59,258 bases of DNA. Origin: an uncultured Flavobacteriaceae bacterium (GTDB lineage Bacteria > Bacteroidota > Bacteroidia > Flavobacteriales > Flavobacteriaceae). How positions within the stretch are numbered: the stretch's first letter is position 1; every line of letters starts with the position of its first letter. Where the stretch lies: contig CAXAVH010000001.1 of assembly GCA_963972105.1 (NCBI GenBank), forward strand, positions 1 to 59,258, given 5' to 3'. The translations under genes and the position numbers were made by a program. Below, piece after piece: positions 28,374 through 37,333 of this stretch. The notes under the pieces were generated by a model. That model did no database searches and had not been told where the DNA came from. It saw only the letters and a program-made list of their open reading frames with translations.

Positions 28374-30863
28374 ATGAATCGTTTCCTCATTCCTTTTTTC
28401 TTACTGTTTACTATCAGTGCCGTCGCACAGCTACAAACTCCGGCTGACTTTCTGGGCTATGAAATTGGCACCCAGTTTTCGCGCCACGCCCAAGTGGTAG
28501 ATTATTTCACCCACGTCGCCGAAAACAGCGCGATGGTCGAGTACCACACCTATGGTAAAACCAATGAGCGCAGACCGCTTACCTATGCCATCGTTTCATC
28601 GCCGCAAAATCTGGCTAATATTGAAACCATTAGAGCCAATAACCTGAAGAACATCGGAATGGTCCCTGGCGCTGCCACGCCCGAAGTTGCCATTGTATGG
28701 CTCAGTTACAACGTGCATGGGAACGAAGCCTCCAGCACCGAGGCCGCCATGGCCACCGTTTACAAACTAATTACGGAAAAAACTGAGTGGCTGGAAAACA
28801 CAGTGGTTATTATCGACCCATGTGTGAATCCTGATGGTCGCGACCGTTATGCCAATTGGTACAATATGGTAAAGGCGACCCCCTACGACATTGCACAAGA
28901 CGCCACCGAGCACCACGAACCATGGCCCGGTGGTCGCCCAAATCATTATCTTTTCGATCTGAACCGCGACTGGGCTTGGGCCACGCAGGTGGAAACCCAG
29001 CAGCGCTTGCCCCTGTATAACAAATGGATGCCGCATATTCATGTCGATTTCCACGAGCAGGGAATAAACGAACCGTATTATTTCGCCCCAGCGGCCGAAC
29101 CATTTCATGAGGTGATTACCCCGTTTCAACGGCAATTTCAAACGGAAATCGGAAAGAACCACGCGAGTTATTTTGACCGGGAAGGATGGCTCTTCTTTAC
29201 CCGCGAGCGTTTCGACCTATTGTACCCAAGCTACGGCGACACTTACCCAACTTTTATGGGCGCTATTGGCATGACCTACGAACAGGCCGGACACGGTCGC
29301 GCCGGTCTGGGTATCTTAACCGACGAGGGATTTGTACTTACCTTGGTCGATCGGGTGGCACACCATACCACGACCGGCCTTAGTACCGTTGAAATGGGAA
29401 GCAAGCACGCTGGGCGTTTAAATACCGAGTTCAGGAAATTTTTCCGAAACAACGACCTTACCTATAAAAGCTATGTGCTAAACGGAAATGCCGATAAACT
29501 AACCGCTTTAACCAAGTTGTTGGACAAGCACGAAATACAGTATGGCTACAGCACCGGTGGAACGGTTAGCGGGTATAGTTATACAACGAATGAAAAGGGA
29601 ACTATGGATGCTACTGGCGCATTAGTGGTAAGCGCTACCCAGCCAAAGGGAAAAATGGTTAAGGCCCTTTTCGAGCCAGACGCAAAATTGAGCGAACCCC
29701 TCACTTACGACATTACGGCATGGAGCATTCCGCACGCCTACGGTCTCGAGGCTATTGCCTCTACCAAGTCGGTACCAGCCAATGGCCAGGCGCCAAATAG
29801 TGCCAGTAGCAATTCACCGCAGCCAGGCGCGGCCGGATATCTTGTACGTTGGAATAGCCTATACGATGCTGCATTTCTTTCAGAATTACTGCAACGGGAT
29901 ATTAAGGTAAGGTTCTCTGAAAAAAAATTGAGCTTCGGGGGCAAGCAGTTCGACCGTGGCACCTTGGTAATTACGAGAAGCGACAACCAGAAAATGGCTA
30001 ATTTTGATGAAGTGGTAGCCCAGGTCGCCAATAAGCACCAGCGAACCCTACACGCCTCGGCAACCAGCTTTGGCGATACGCTGACGGATTTCGGGTCGCC
30101 AGATGTGAAGCTTATCAACAAACTGCGCGTGGGCATGCTTAAGGGCGACGGCGTGTCGAGCTTGAGCTACGGTGCGCTATGGCATTTCTTTGAAACCGAA
30201 CTGAACTACCCCGTAACATCGATCGATACCGATTATTTCGACCAAATAACCCTTTCCGACTATGATGTTATCGTTCTTCCGGAAGGTTGGTACGGCCGCA
30301 TTTTGAACGAAGGTACCGTTGAGGCCGTTAAGGATTGGATTCGCAACGGCGGAAAATTGATTGCAATGGGACAGGCCGTCAATTCGTTTAAGGATATGGA
30401 AGGGTTCGGGATTTCGGAAAATACCGCAACAGAAGATTCCGAAGAAGATTCAGAAGACCTTTCCGATGCGTTGACACCTTATGACCAGCGTGAGCGCTCG
30501 CAGGTAAAGAACCTAATTACCGGAAGCATCTATAAAGTGGCCATCGACCCTTCGCACCCCTTGGCCTTTGGCTATTCGGACACCTATTACAGCCTAAAAT
30601 TAGGTAGCAGTTCCTTAAAGTTTCTGGAAAATGGATATAATGTGGGTTATATTGAGGGCGCGCCAGAGAGCGTGGCAGGTTTTTCGGGCGAGGAGGCTAA
30701 GGCACAACTTGAAAATTCGCTGGTGTTCGGCGAAACGAGACTGGGCCGGGGTAGTGTTATCTACTTGGTAGACGATGTGCTGTTCCGTTCGTTTTGGCAC
30801 AATGGGAAACTGTTTTTTGTCAATTCCCTATTTTTTGTAAACAACAATAGCTTCCGGCTATAG
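28374..30863 (+). CDS. large secreted M14-family zinc carboxypeptidase (paralog 2)
   Basis: 829 aa with a signal peptide (MNRFLIPFFLLFTISAVAQ). It has NVHGNEASS (HxxE), HVDFHEQG and MTYEQAG. It is colinear with the 19210-21729 protein through to the C-terminus. Confidence 0.85.
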   Translation: MNRFLIPFFLLFTISAVAQLQTPADFLGYEIGTQFSRHAQVVDYFTHVAENSAMVEYHTYGKTNERRPLTYAIVSSPQNLANIETIRANNLKNIGMVPGAATPEVAIVWLSYNVHGNEASSTEAAMATVYKLITEKTEWLENTVVIIDPCVNPDGRDRYANWYNMVKATPYDIAQDATEHHEPWPGGRPNHYLFDLNRDWAWATQVETQQRLPLYNKWMPHIHVDFHEQGINEPYYFAPAAEPFHEVITPFQRQFQTEIGKNHASYFDREGWLFFTRERFDLLYPSYGDTYPTFMGAIGMTYEQAGHGRAGLGILTDEGFVLTLVDRVAHHTTTGLSTVEMGSKHAGRLNTEFRKFFRNNDLTYKSYVLNGNADKLTALTKLLDKHEIQYGYSTGGTVSGYSYTTNEKGTMDATGALVVSATQPKGKMVKALFEPDAKLSEPLTYDITAWSIPHAYGLEAIASTKSVPANGQAPNSASSNSPQPGAAGYLVRWNSLYDAAFLSELLQRDIKVRFSEKKLSFGGKQFDRGTLVITRSDNQKMANFDEVVAQVANKHQRTLHASATSFGDTLTDFGSPDVKLINKLRVGMLKGDGVSSLSYGALWHFFETELNYPVTSIDTDYFDQITLSDYDVIVLPEGWYGRILNEGTVEAVKDWIRNGGKLIAMGQAVNSFKDMEGFGISENTATEDSEEDSEDLSDALTPYDQRERSQVKNLITGSIYKVAIDPSHPLAFGYSDTYYSLKLGSSSLKFLENGYNVGYIEGAPESVAGFSGEEAKAQLENSLVFGETRLGRGSVIYLVDDVLFRSFWHNGKLFFVNSLFFVNNNSFRL

Positions 30864-30881
30864 AACCCATGCAACAGTGAA

Positions 30882-30917
30882 AAGCCCCATTCTCGAAAGG
30901 AATGGGGCTTTTTTTAT
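30882..30917 (+). terminator. rho-independent terminator after M14 paralog 2
   Basis: The stem AGCCCCATT (30883-30891) pairs with AATGGGGCT (30901-30909), followed by TTTTTTT. Confidence 0.85.
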
Positions 30918-31284
30918 TCTGAAATTTCTAGGAAAATCGCTACGCTATGCCACGAGAACTTCTTCCCTTCCCGTTAAAGAAAGGGAAAGGTGCGTCGAAA
31001 CCGTGAGGTTTTGTGCAACCACACTGTGCTAGGCATAAAATGTTTTGCCCTCAGGGGTTAAAATTGAAGATTCTGCCTGATAGTATTTTTCAGACTTAAT
31101 TACGTCCATCAACCATTCCAAATGGTTTTTGGTGCGTCGCTTAAACCGGTATTTTAATGCTAGCTCCATAATTGTGTTGTTTACGCAGTACGTAGTATAC
31201 GGAGATTTGGGAATATTAAATGTACGTGTTGCGGTGGAGAAATCCTAATTTAATGTAACTTTTTTCTTACAACAAAGAAGATTT

Positions 31285-32319
31285 CTAAGAAACACCACCT
31301 CTGGTTTTCAGCTTTTTACGGTAGTCGGTAGGTAGAATTCCGTAGCGTTCCTGAAAGATTTTCGAAAAGTAACTTCGGCTCTTGAAGCCAATACTATAGA
31401 CAATCTCTGAAATGGTCAAATCGGTATGGCGCAGCTGTTCCATCGCCACTTCCAGCTTGCGCAGCCGTATGTGCACGTTCACCGAATTGCTATAGAGTAC
31501 CTGGAACCCGGTTTGCAGTTTTTTCGAACTTAGACCCGCCTCGGTGGCGAGTTGGGCTACCGTAAGGGGTTCGGAAATATTGTTTTCTATAAATTCCGAT
31601 AGTTTATAGATTCGCTTCATATCGTCCAGCGAGATATTCTCTGGAAGCTCGACTTTGTTCAGGTAGTTGCGGTGCTCCATGAGCTGTAACGCCAAGATTA
31701 AATTGAGCTGTCCCTCTAGCGAAAGAGTGCGAATTATACCGCCCTCGTGGTTTTCCTTTAATTTCTTAATCGCGTCTGCAATGCGCAGGCTGTAATTACC
31801 CAAGTGATAGTAAACGAAGGTAGTATTATCGTCTTTTACCACGGGTAGCAGCATTTGCTGCAGATAGTCTAGGTTGTGGTGCTTTTTCTTTAGGTAGTTT
31901 TTTTTAATGATCTGGATGAAATTGACCTTAATACGAACCCCAGCTGGAAATTTAAGCGTATTGGCAGAATTCTCCTTGTTGGATATGATCACGTTCTGAT
32001 ATTGATTCAGTGTGAGAAACTCACCATCCTCATCGCAACAAAATTCGAGTGAGCCTTCGGAAATAAAAAAGAAAATTATGGGGGTGAGGTCCTTGATAGA
32101 GAAGACAAGCGAAACATCTTCAGTAAAGCAAACGTCATAATCTATCAACGAGACGCCCCAGTCAAAATCGATACTTCTAACCGAACCCGACCCAATTCCG
32201 TTCTCGAAATGTAATATTTGCTCGCCCCAATCTTCATTGGAAAGATCTCCTTCCAAAAACCCATTGAGTTTTTCTAAAATGGCATCGCTTTTAAGCTCGT
32301 CTATTTCCAATATTCGCAT
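31285..32319 (-). CDS. AraC-family transcriptional regulator (uncharacterised N-terminal sensor domain)
   Basis: 344 aa. The C-terminal double HTH reads LTVAQLATEAGLSSKKLQTGFQ...ISEIVYSIGFKSRSYFSKIFQERYGILPTDYR. Confidence 0.85.
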   Translation of the reverse strand: MRILEIDELKSDAILEKLNGFLEGDLSNEDWGEQILHFENGIGSGSVRSIDFDWGVSLIDYDVCFTEDVSLVFSIKDLTPIIFFFISEGSLEFCCDEDGEFLTLNQYQNVIISNKENSANTLKFPAGVRIKVNFIQIIKKNYLKKKHHNLDYLQQMLLPVVKDDNTTFVYYHLGNYSLRIADAIKKLKENHEGGIIRTLSLEGQLNLILALQLMEHRNYLNKVELPENISLDDMKRIYKLSEFIENNISEPLTVAQLATEAGLSSKKLQTGFQVLYSNSVNVHIRLRKLEVAMEQLRHTDLTISEIVYSIGFKSRSYFSKIFQERYGILPTDYRKKLKTRGGVS

Positions 32320-32817
32320 TAGAAAGGGGTTTCTTGTTAAGTCTACACAAAGAAATTGTTATCATCCGAAAGGAATTGACAATAATGGAACTTAGATTAA
32401 CTCATTTGAAGGCAAACCCAAGAAACATAATCCCTTAGACCACCGAACAATTGAGTGTATATGAACGTGATTATAACCGCGTAATGTCGGTCAACAATTA
32501 CCCCGAACATAATATTAAATCTACCTTACAATTAGGGCCCTACGCGCGGGGGTAATGCTCGCTGCGCGTATCGCAGAAATGAGTTTGTACCGCCTATTTT
32601 TCGTCCCCGAGCGTATGGGATGTTTAGTATACTATCTTGGGTTTAAAGAGGGAAGGTACGCTTAATAGAAACGGCAGAACCATAATAGGGATAGTTTGTT
32701 TAACTCATATGAGCCAGACCATATAGAAAAGGTACGAATGTGATAATTTTTTACCCTTTTAAAGCAAGACTATGAAGGCCAATATCTTACCTTAGTTAGT
32801 CGTAAAAAAATCGAGTA

Positions 32818-32988
32818 ATGCTGCATTGGTTTGCCACCTTAATAATTCTTGCCGTGGTTTCGGCCATCATTGGGTTTTTAGGCATTGGAGAAGGCCCGGT
32901 TTACATGGCCCAGCTTATCTTCTACCTCTTGATTATTCTATTCATACTACTGGTAGTGAGACAACAATTGAAAAACAGACAACACTGA
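32818..32988 (+). CDS. DUF1328 (YtjA-like) small two-TM membrane protein
   Basis: This 56-aa ORF, found by hand, is below the ORF-track cutoff: MLHWFATLIILAVVSAIIGFLGIGEGPVYMAQLIFYLLIILFILLVVRQQLKNRQH. The ML.W...A..GF.GI...A...F pattern matches the DUF1328 family. A hairpin terminator follows. The listed ORF 32826-33011 is the wrong frame. Confidence 0.7.
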   Translation: MLHWFATLIILAVVSAIIGFLGIGEGPVYMAQLIFYLLIILFILLVVRQQLKNRQH

Positions 32989-33023
32989 TAAAGGCCTCCT
33001 GTTGGCCTTAACAGTAAAAGAAA

Positions 33024-33060
33024 ACCCTTTCCTGCAGCTAAACGGAAAGGGTTCTCGTTC
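33024..33060 (+). terminator. hairpin terminator after the DUF1328 gene
   Basis: The 9-bp stem ACCCTTTCC (33024-33032) pairs with GGAAAGGGT (33044-33052) around an 11-nt loop. The T-tract that follows is weak (TCTCGTT). Confidence 0.5.
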
Positions 33061-33243
33061 TATGGGATTAATGGCACTCCTTCATAATTCCATTAAACCC
33101 AGCAATTTTATGGATTAGTAGAATAACTCATCAAGCTGTCAATCTACTATCTGTAAGCAATTTAAAACTTATCTTCTATTCAAATTATCTCGTTTGGGTA
33201 AATATTTAAACCAACAGAGATTGTTTACTTCAACTACTCCTCG

Positions 33244-34485
33244 CTATCTGTTCTCTCCTTTTTTAGCCTCGATCCATTTGGACATATATTTAGAACTCTG
33301 CAAGGTTTGATGGTGCAGCACCTGCCCTAAAAAATGATTTTGGCGGTGCTCTGCAAGTGTCCACATCATAGCTTCTATCCTTTTGTTAAACTGGGCCACG
33401 TGCAATTTTCTATCAAATATGCTTCCTATCCTTTCAAATCCAGCATCCTGAGCGGTTTCCCAGGGGGACTGATGTTGGTATAAGTTCACTGCGGCTTCTG
33501 CCAAACCCTCAGGAGTATCTTGAACATAATCGCAGGATGAGCCGTCTTTGACCATGGCCTCGGCACCTATGGACGTGGTTACGAACGGCGTTCCAGCTCG
33601 CATAGCGTCGAGCAATTTCCCCTTTTGTCCAGCACCAAATCTAAGGGGAGCGAGACAAACTCTAGCATTCTCCAAAACCGTTAGGGCATTCGGCGTCCAA
33701 CCTTCAATGAAAAATCCCTCTTTGGGGCTATGCAATGCTGAAATACGCTGGGGTGCATAGGCACCGTACACTTTTAATTTTGCCGAAGGCAACGCTTTGC
33801 GCACGAGTGGCCATATATCATGTTTTAGGTAAAGTACCGAATCAACATTAGGTGCGTGCCGCAGGTTGCCAATAGTTACAAAATCTCGTCTTTCAACATA
33901 AGTGGGTAATCTGTTCTTTTCGGTTTGGGCAGAAATATCGACCATAAGCGGTAGATAGTGCAGTATATCGTCGGGCACACGAAATACAGACTGCAATAAG
34001 CCGTACTCTACCTGCGAGATGATCAAAGTGAGATCGCATCTCAGGATGCTGGCCAGTTCCCGTTTCGCAGCATCGGTATATAAATTGGCCTTAGTGACCT
34101 CATATCCCTTCCGGTGCGCCTCTTCCCTAGCCTTCCTCAGGAAATGAAGATCTTCGGTGTCCAGTATACGCATAGCATTGGGGCAAGTTTCGGCTACGCG
34201 CCAGCCAAACTGCTCTTCGGTCACGAAACGATCGAACATCACTACAGTCGGGTTTAAATGGCGCAACATACCATCGAAACCTGAATCGTTCAGGTGAATA
34301 GTTTCGACCGAAAATCCCTGATCATCCAACTCCATACTATATGGGGATGGGGCCGCGGTGGTGGCGAAAGTGATAGCGTAGTGTTCGTCCTTAAAAACCT
34401 GAAGTAACTGAGACATTCTTTGACCAGCTGCCGTTGTTAGCGGCTCGGGAAAGGTATGGCCTATAACCAACATGTTTTTTTCCAT
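33244..34485 (-). CDS. GT-B fold glycosyltransferase (group 1 / GT4-like)
   Basis: 413 aa. The N-terminal MLVIGHTFPEP...AAGQR and the C-terminal E-x7-E-like region ...LAPLRFGAGQKGKLLDAMRAGTPFVTTSIGAE are typical of retaining GT-B enzymes. Confidence 0.7.
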   Translation of the reverse strand: MEKNMLVIGHTFPEPLTTAAGQRMSQLLQVFKDEHYAITFATTAAPSPYSMELDDQGFSVETIHLNDSGFDGMLRHLNPTVVMFDRFVTEEQFGWRVAETCPNAMRILDTEDLHFLRKAREEAHRKGYEVTKANLYTDAAKRELASILRCDLTLIISQVEYGLLQSVFRVPDDILHYLPLMVDISAQTEKNRLPTYVERRDFVTIGNLRHAPNVDSVLYLKHDIWPLVRKALPSAKLKVYGAYAPQRISALHSPKEGFFIEGWTPNALTVLENARVCLAPLRFGAGQKGKLLDAMRAGTPFVTTSIGAEAMVKDGSSCDYVQDTPEGLAEAAVNLYQHQSPWETAQDAGFERIGSIFDRKLHVAQFNKRIEAMMWTLAEHRQNHFLGQVLHHQTLQSSKYMSKWIEAKKGENR

Positions 34486-34657
34486 AGGGCGGCAAGGTTA
34501 GGAATCGTAAATGTAATTATCCTTCGTAAGATATAATATCTATTCTGAAGATACATTTGGCAGAACACGGATATCACTTTCGGACACCATTGAAGAAGCC
34601 CAGGTGCCGGCTAAAACGACCATCGGGTAATTTTGGCCTCGGGAAAGCAATACTGTT

Positions 34658-35935
34658 TTATAACGAGTTTAATGGAATCTTCGCGGTCCGTATTGTAGAC
34701 TGCTTTTCTTCTAAAGAAGTCCAAGCAATGACCGCCATAGCTCCTACAACGTCCAGTTGCGGAAAGCCGGCGGCACGTTCGGGTAGGGTTTTCGTAATGG
34801 TAAGTGGTTTTCCCAAGGTTCCTGCGGGAGTCACCTTCTGAAGCTGAACGAAGGCTTCCGTACCGTTTTCTTCCATCCATAGGACCAAGGCTTCCTTTTC
34901 GGAAACCATTTGGACGTCTACACGGCCTAGTGCGGGCTGGGTGTCTAAACGAATTGGATCGTTCATTGTACGACCTGCATCATCGGAAAAGGCGATCGCC
35001 ACACGCGGATCGTCATTGGAAGCAGTATACCAAGCTATGGCCACGTTCTCGTTATAGGCGCTTACCGAAGGTCCATTTACGGGGCATCCGGGAATTTGCC
35101 AGTTATCCTGGAAAACCGCTTCAGGCTCGCTCCACGCACCGTTCTCCCAATAGCTCTTGTAGATATCCCTAATTTCGGTCTCACCACGATCTCGGTACAC
35201 CACAATAGGGCCCTGCGCGGTCATGGCCATTGCAGTTCCGCAACAATCGCAAACGCGATGATCTATCTCAAAAGGGCGTGAAATGTCACCCCGGTTATCG
35301 ACAAAGGCACTGCGAAGGGTCATAGCTGTGGTTGAAAGGTCATGCGCGGCATGATCAGCATGCATTGTGGGAGGTGCCCCAACGGTATTTCTACCGTCGA
35401 GCCAGCTTACAAAAAACCCCTCATTTCGGAAGGGGGAAATGGAAACGAAACCGTGCTCTGACTTTGTTCCGTCGTTATGCAACAGAAGATTTTCCCGCAC
35501 TACGCTGTTTTTGGCATCTTTATCTACTAAGGTTGCCTTGGCATCATAGGTATAGGTTCCTTCTGCAGACATTTCGAGATAGGTGGTCATTACCGCCTTA
35601 TCGTTTGCCGCAATGGTCGGGAAATCGGCCCAATTCACGAACCAATTTAAACCTCTAGCCGTCGTAACCGGGGGAGACCAGGTTCCGCCCACATAAGTTG
35701 AATACAGTAATTCAGAAATACTGTCGCCGGTTTTAACCCAGGACATATACAAGCTATCATTTCGCGAAAAGAGTCGTGGCAGGGAAGTGCCCAAACCGGC
35801 CGGATTGTCGAAATGGCCAATAGCTGAAAGCGGCTCTATTTCTTCTGTTCCAGAAATATTGTACGTCCGATCTGATTTACAGGAACAAATAGCTACCGCC
35901 GCTAAAAAGAGCAATACGTACTGCATACGTGTCAT
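34658..35935 (-). CDS. BNR/sialidase-like beta-propeller lipoprotein (function uncertain)
   Basis: It has the lipobox LAAVAICSCK. There is a single clear Asp-box (FSDDAGRTM), and I saw no FRIP motif. It also contains the Cys motifs VCDCCGT and PGCPVNGP. The start is set to the ATG at 35935 (MTRMQYVLL...), since the ORF-track start at 35962 is a GTG. Confidence 0.55.
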   Translation of the reverse strand: MTRMQYVLLFLAAVAICSCKSDRTYNISGTEEIEPLSAIGHFDNPAGLGTSLPRLFSRNDSLYMSWVKTGDSISELLYSTYVGGTWSPPVTTARGLNWFVNWADFPTIAANDKAVMTTYLEMSAEGTYTYDAKATLVDKDAKNSVVRENLLLHNDGTKSEHGFVSISPFRNEGFFVSWLDGRNTVGAPPTMHADHAAHDLSTTAMTLRSAFVDNRGDISRPFEIDHRVCDCCGTAMAMTAQGPIVVYRDRGETEIRDIYKSYWENGAWSEPEAVFQDNWQIPGCPVNGPSVSAYNENVAIAWYTASNDDPRVAIAFSDDAGRTMNDPIRLDTQPALGRVDVQMVSEKEALVLWMEENGTEAFVQLQKVTPAGTLGKPLTITKTLPERAAGFPQLDVVGAMAVIAWTSLEEKQSTIRTAKIPLNSL

Positions 35936-35998
35936 TTTATAAGAAAATAGCCAATTTTGCACATAAGAACAACCGCTATCGTACTGAAAATAGTCATT

Positions 35999-37306
35999 TT
36001 AGCTGGAAACTATTTTTCCGTACAAATCGAAATCCTCGGCCCCGGTTATCTCTATCTGGCAGAACTCACCCGTGCGCAGGTAGCCTTCTTCGGCATTGAT
36101 GAGCACCTCGTTGTCTACATCGGGACTATCGTACTCGGTACGGCCCACGAAATATCCGCCTTCCTTCCGATCAATGAGTACGCGGAATTGCTTTCCTATT
36201 TTCTGTTGGTTCAACTCCCAGGAAATTTGCGATTGTATGGCCATTATTTCGTTGGCGCGCTCCATTTTTACCTCTTCGGGCACATCGTCCTCCAATTGGT
36301 ACGCGTTGGTATTCTCCTCGTGCGAATAGGTAAAGCACCCCAGTCGTTCAAAGCGCATATCGGTTACCCATTGTTTCAGGGTTTGGTAATCTTCCTCGGT
36401 TTCACCGGGATAGCCTACGATAAGCGTGGTTCGAATGGCCATATTTGGAACGGCCTCGCGAAACTCTTCGAGCAACTTGGTAGTTTTAGCCTGCGTAGTG
36501 CCGCGGCGCATGGACTTCAGAATGTTGTCTGAAATGTGCTGTAGCGGAATATCAATGTAATTGCAAATTTTCGGTTCCTCGCGCATCACCTCAAGCACAT
36601 CCATAGGAAAGCCCGTGGGAAAGGCATAGTGTAAACGTATCCATTCGATGCCGTCTACAGCAGCCAATTTCCGGAGCAATTCTGCTAGGTTTCGCTTTTT
36701 ATAGAGATCTAACCCATAGTAGGTCAGGTCCTGGGCAATTAAAATAAGCTCCTTTACGCCGGTGGCAGCAAGTTTTTCGGCCTCAGTTACGAGGTCCTCA
36801 ATGGGCGTACTGCGGTGCTTGCCACGCATAATCGGGATAGCACAAAACGAACATGGTCGATCGCACCCTTCGGCAATTTTTAGGTAGGCGTAATTTTTTG
36901 GCGTGGTGGTAAGCCGCTCGCCTATTAACTCATGCTTGTAATCTGCGCCGAGTGCCTTGAGCAATGAGGGCAGTTCGGTAGTCCCGAAGTATTGGTCCAC
37001 GTTCGGTATTTCCTTCTGTAGGTCTGGCTTGTAGCGTTCACTAAGGCAACCTGTAACAAATACCTTGTCCACAAGGCCCTCTTCCTTCTTCTGAACGTAT
37101 TCCAAAATGGTATTTACACTCTCTTCCTTGGCGTTGGCTATAAAGCCGCAGGTATTGATAACCACCACGTTACCTTCCTCCTCGTGTACCACTTCCTTGT
37201 TATTGGCGCGCAATTGCCCCATAAGTACCTCACTGTCGTACACATTCTTGGAGCAACCCAGGGTTACCACGTTGATCCTATTATTCTTAAGCGTCTTTGT
37301 CCTCAT
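35999..37306 (-). CDS. rimO: ribosomal protein S12 methylthiotransferase RimO
   Basis: 435 aa with an MTTase N-terminal domain (VVTLGCSKNVYDSE), a radical-SAM CDRPCSFCAIP motif and a C-terminal TRAM domain. Confidence 0.9.
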   Translation of the reverse strand: MRTKTLKNNRINVVTLGCSKNVYDSEVLMGQLRANNKEVVHEEEGNVVVINTCGFIANAKEESVNTILEYVQKKEEGLVDKVFVTGCLSERYKPDLQKEIPNVDQYFGTTELPSLLKALGADYKHELIGERLTTTPKNYAYLKIAEGCDRPCSFCAIPIMRGKHRSTPIEDLVTEAEKLAATGVKELILIAQDLTYYGLDLYKKRNLAELLRKLAAVDGIEWIRLHYAFPTGFPMDVLEVMREEPKICNYIDIPLQHISDNILKSMRRGTTQAKTTKLLEEFREAVPNMAIRTTLIVGYPGETEEDYQTLKQWVTDMRFERLGCFTYSHEENTNAYQLEDDVPEEVKMERANEIMAIQSQISWELNQQKIGKQFRVLIDRKEGGYFVGRTEYDSPDVDNEVLINAEEGYLRTGEFCQIEITGAEDFDLYGKIVSS

Positions 37307-37333
37307 ACGGCATCTACCTTTCTGAAAAAATGA

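Noticed and set aside
32826-33011. A 61-aa plus-strand ORF from the track (MVCHLNNSCRGFGHHWVF...).
   Set aside because: It is the wrong frame. The frame starting at 32818 gives a textbook DUF1328 two-TM peptide, and the terminator hairpin follows that frame's stop.
34557-34880. ORFs 34557-34841 (plus strand) and 34611-34880 (minus strand) at the 3' end of the BNR-propeller gene.
   Set aside because: They overlap the supported 34658-35935 gene or its spacer. Their composition is Arg-rich and has no features.
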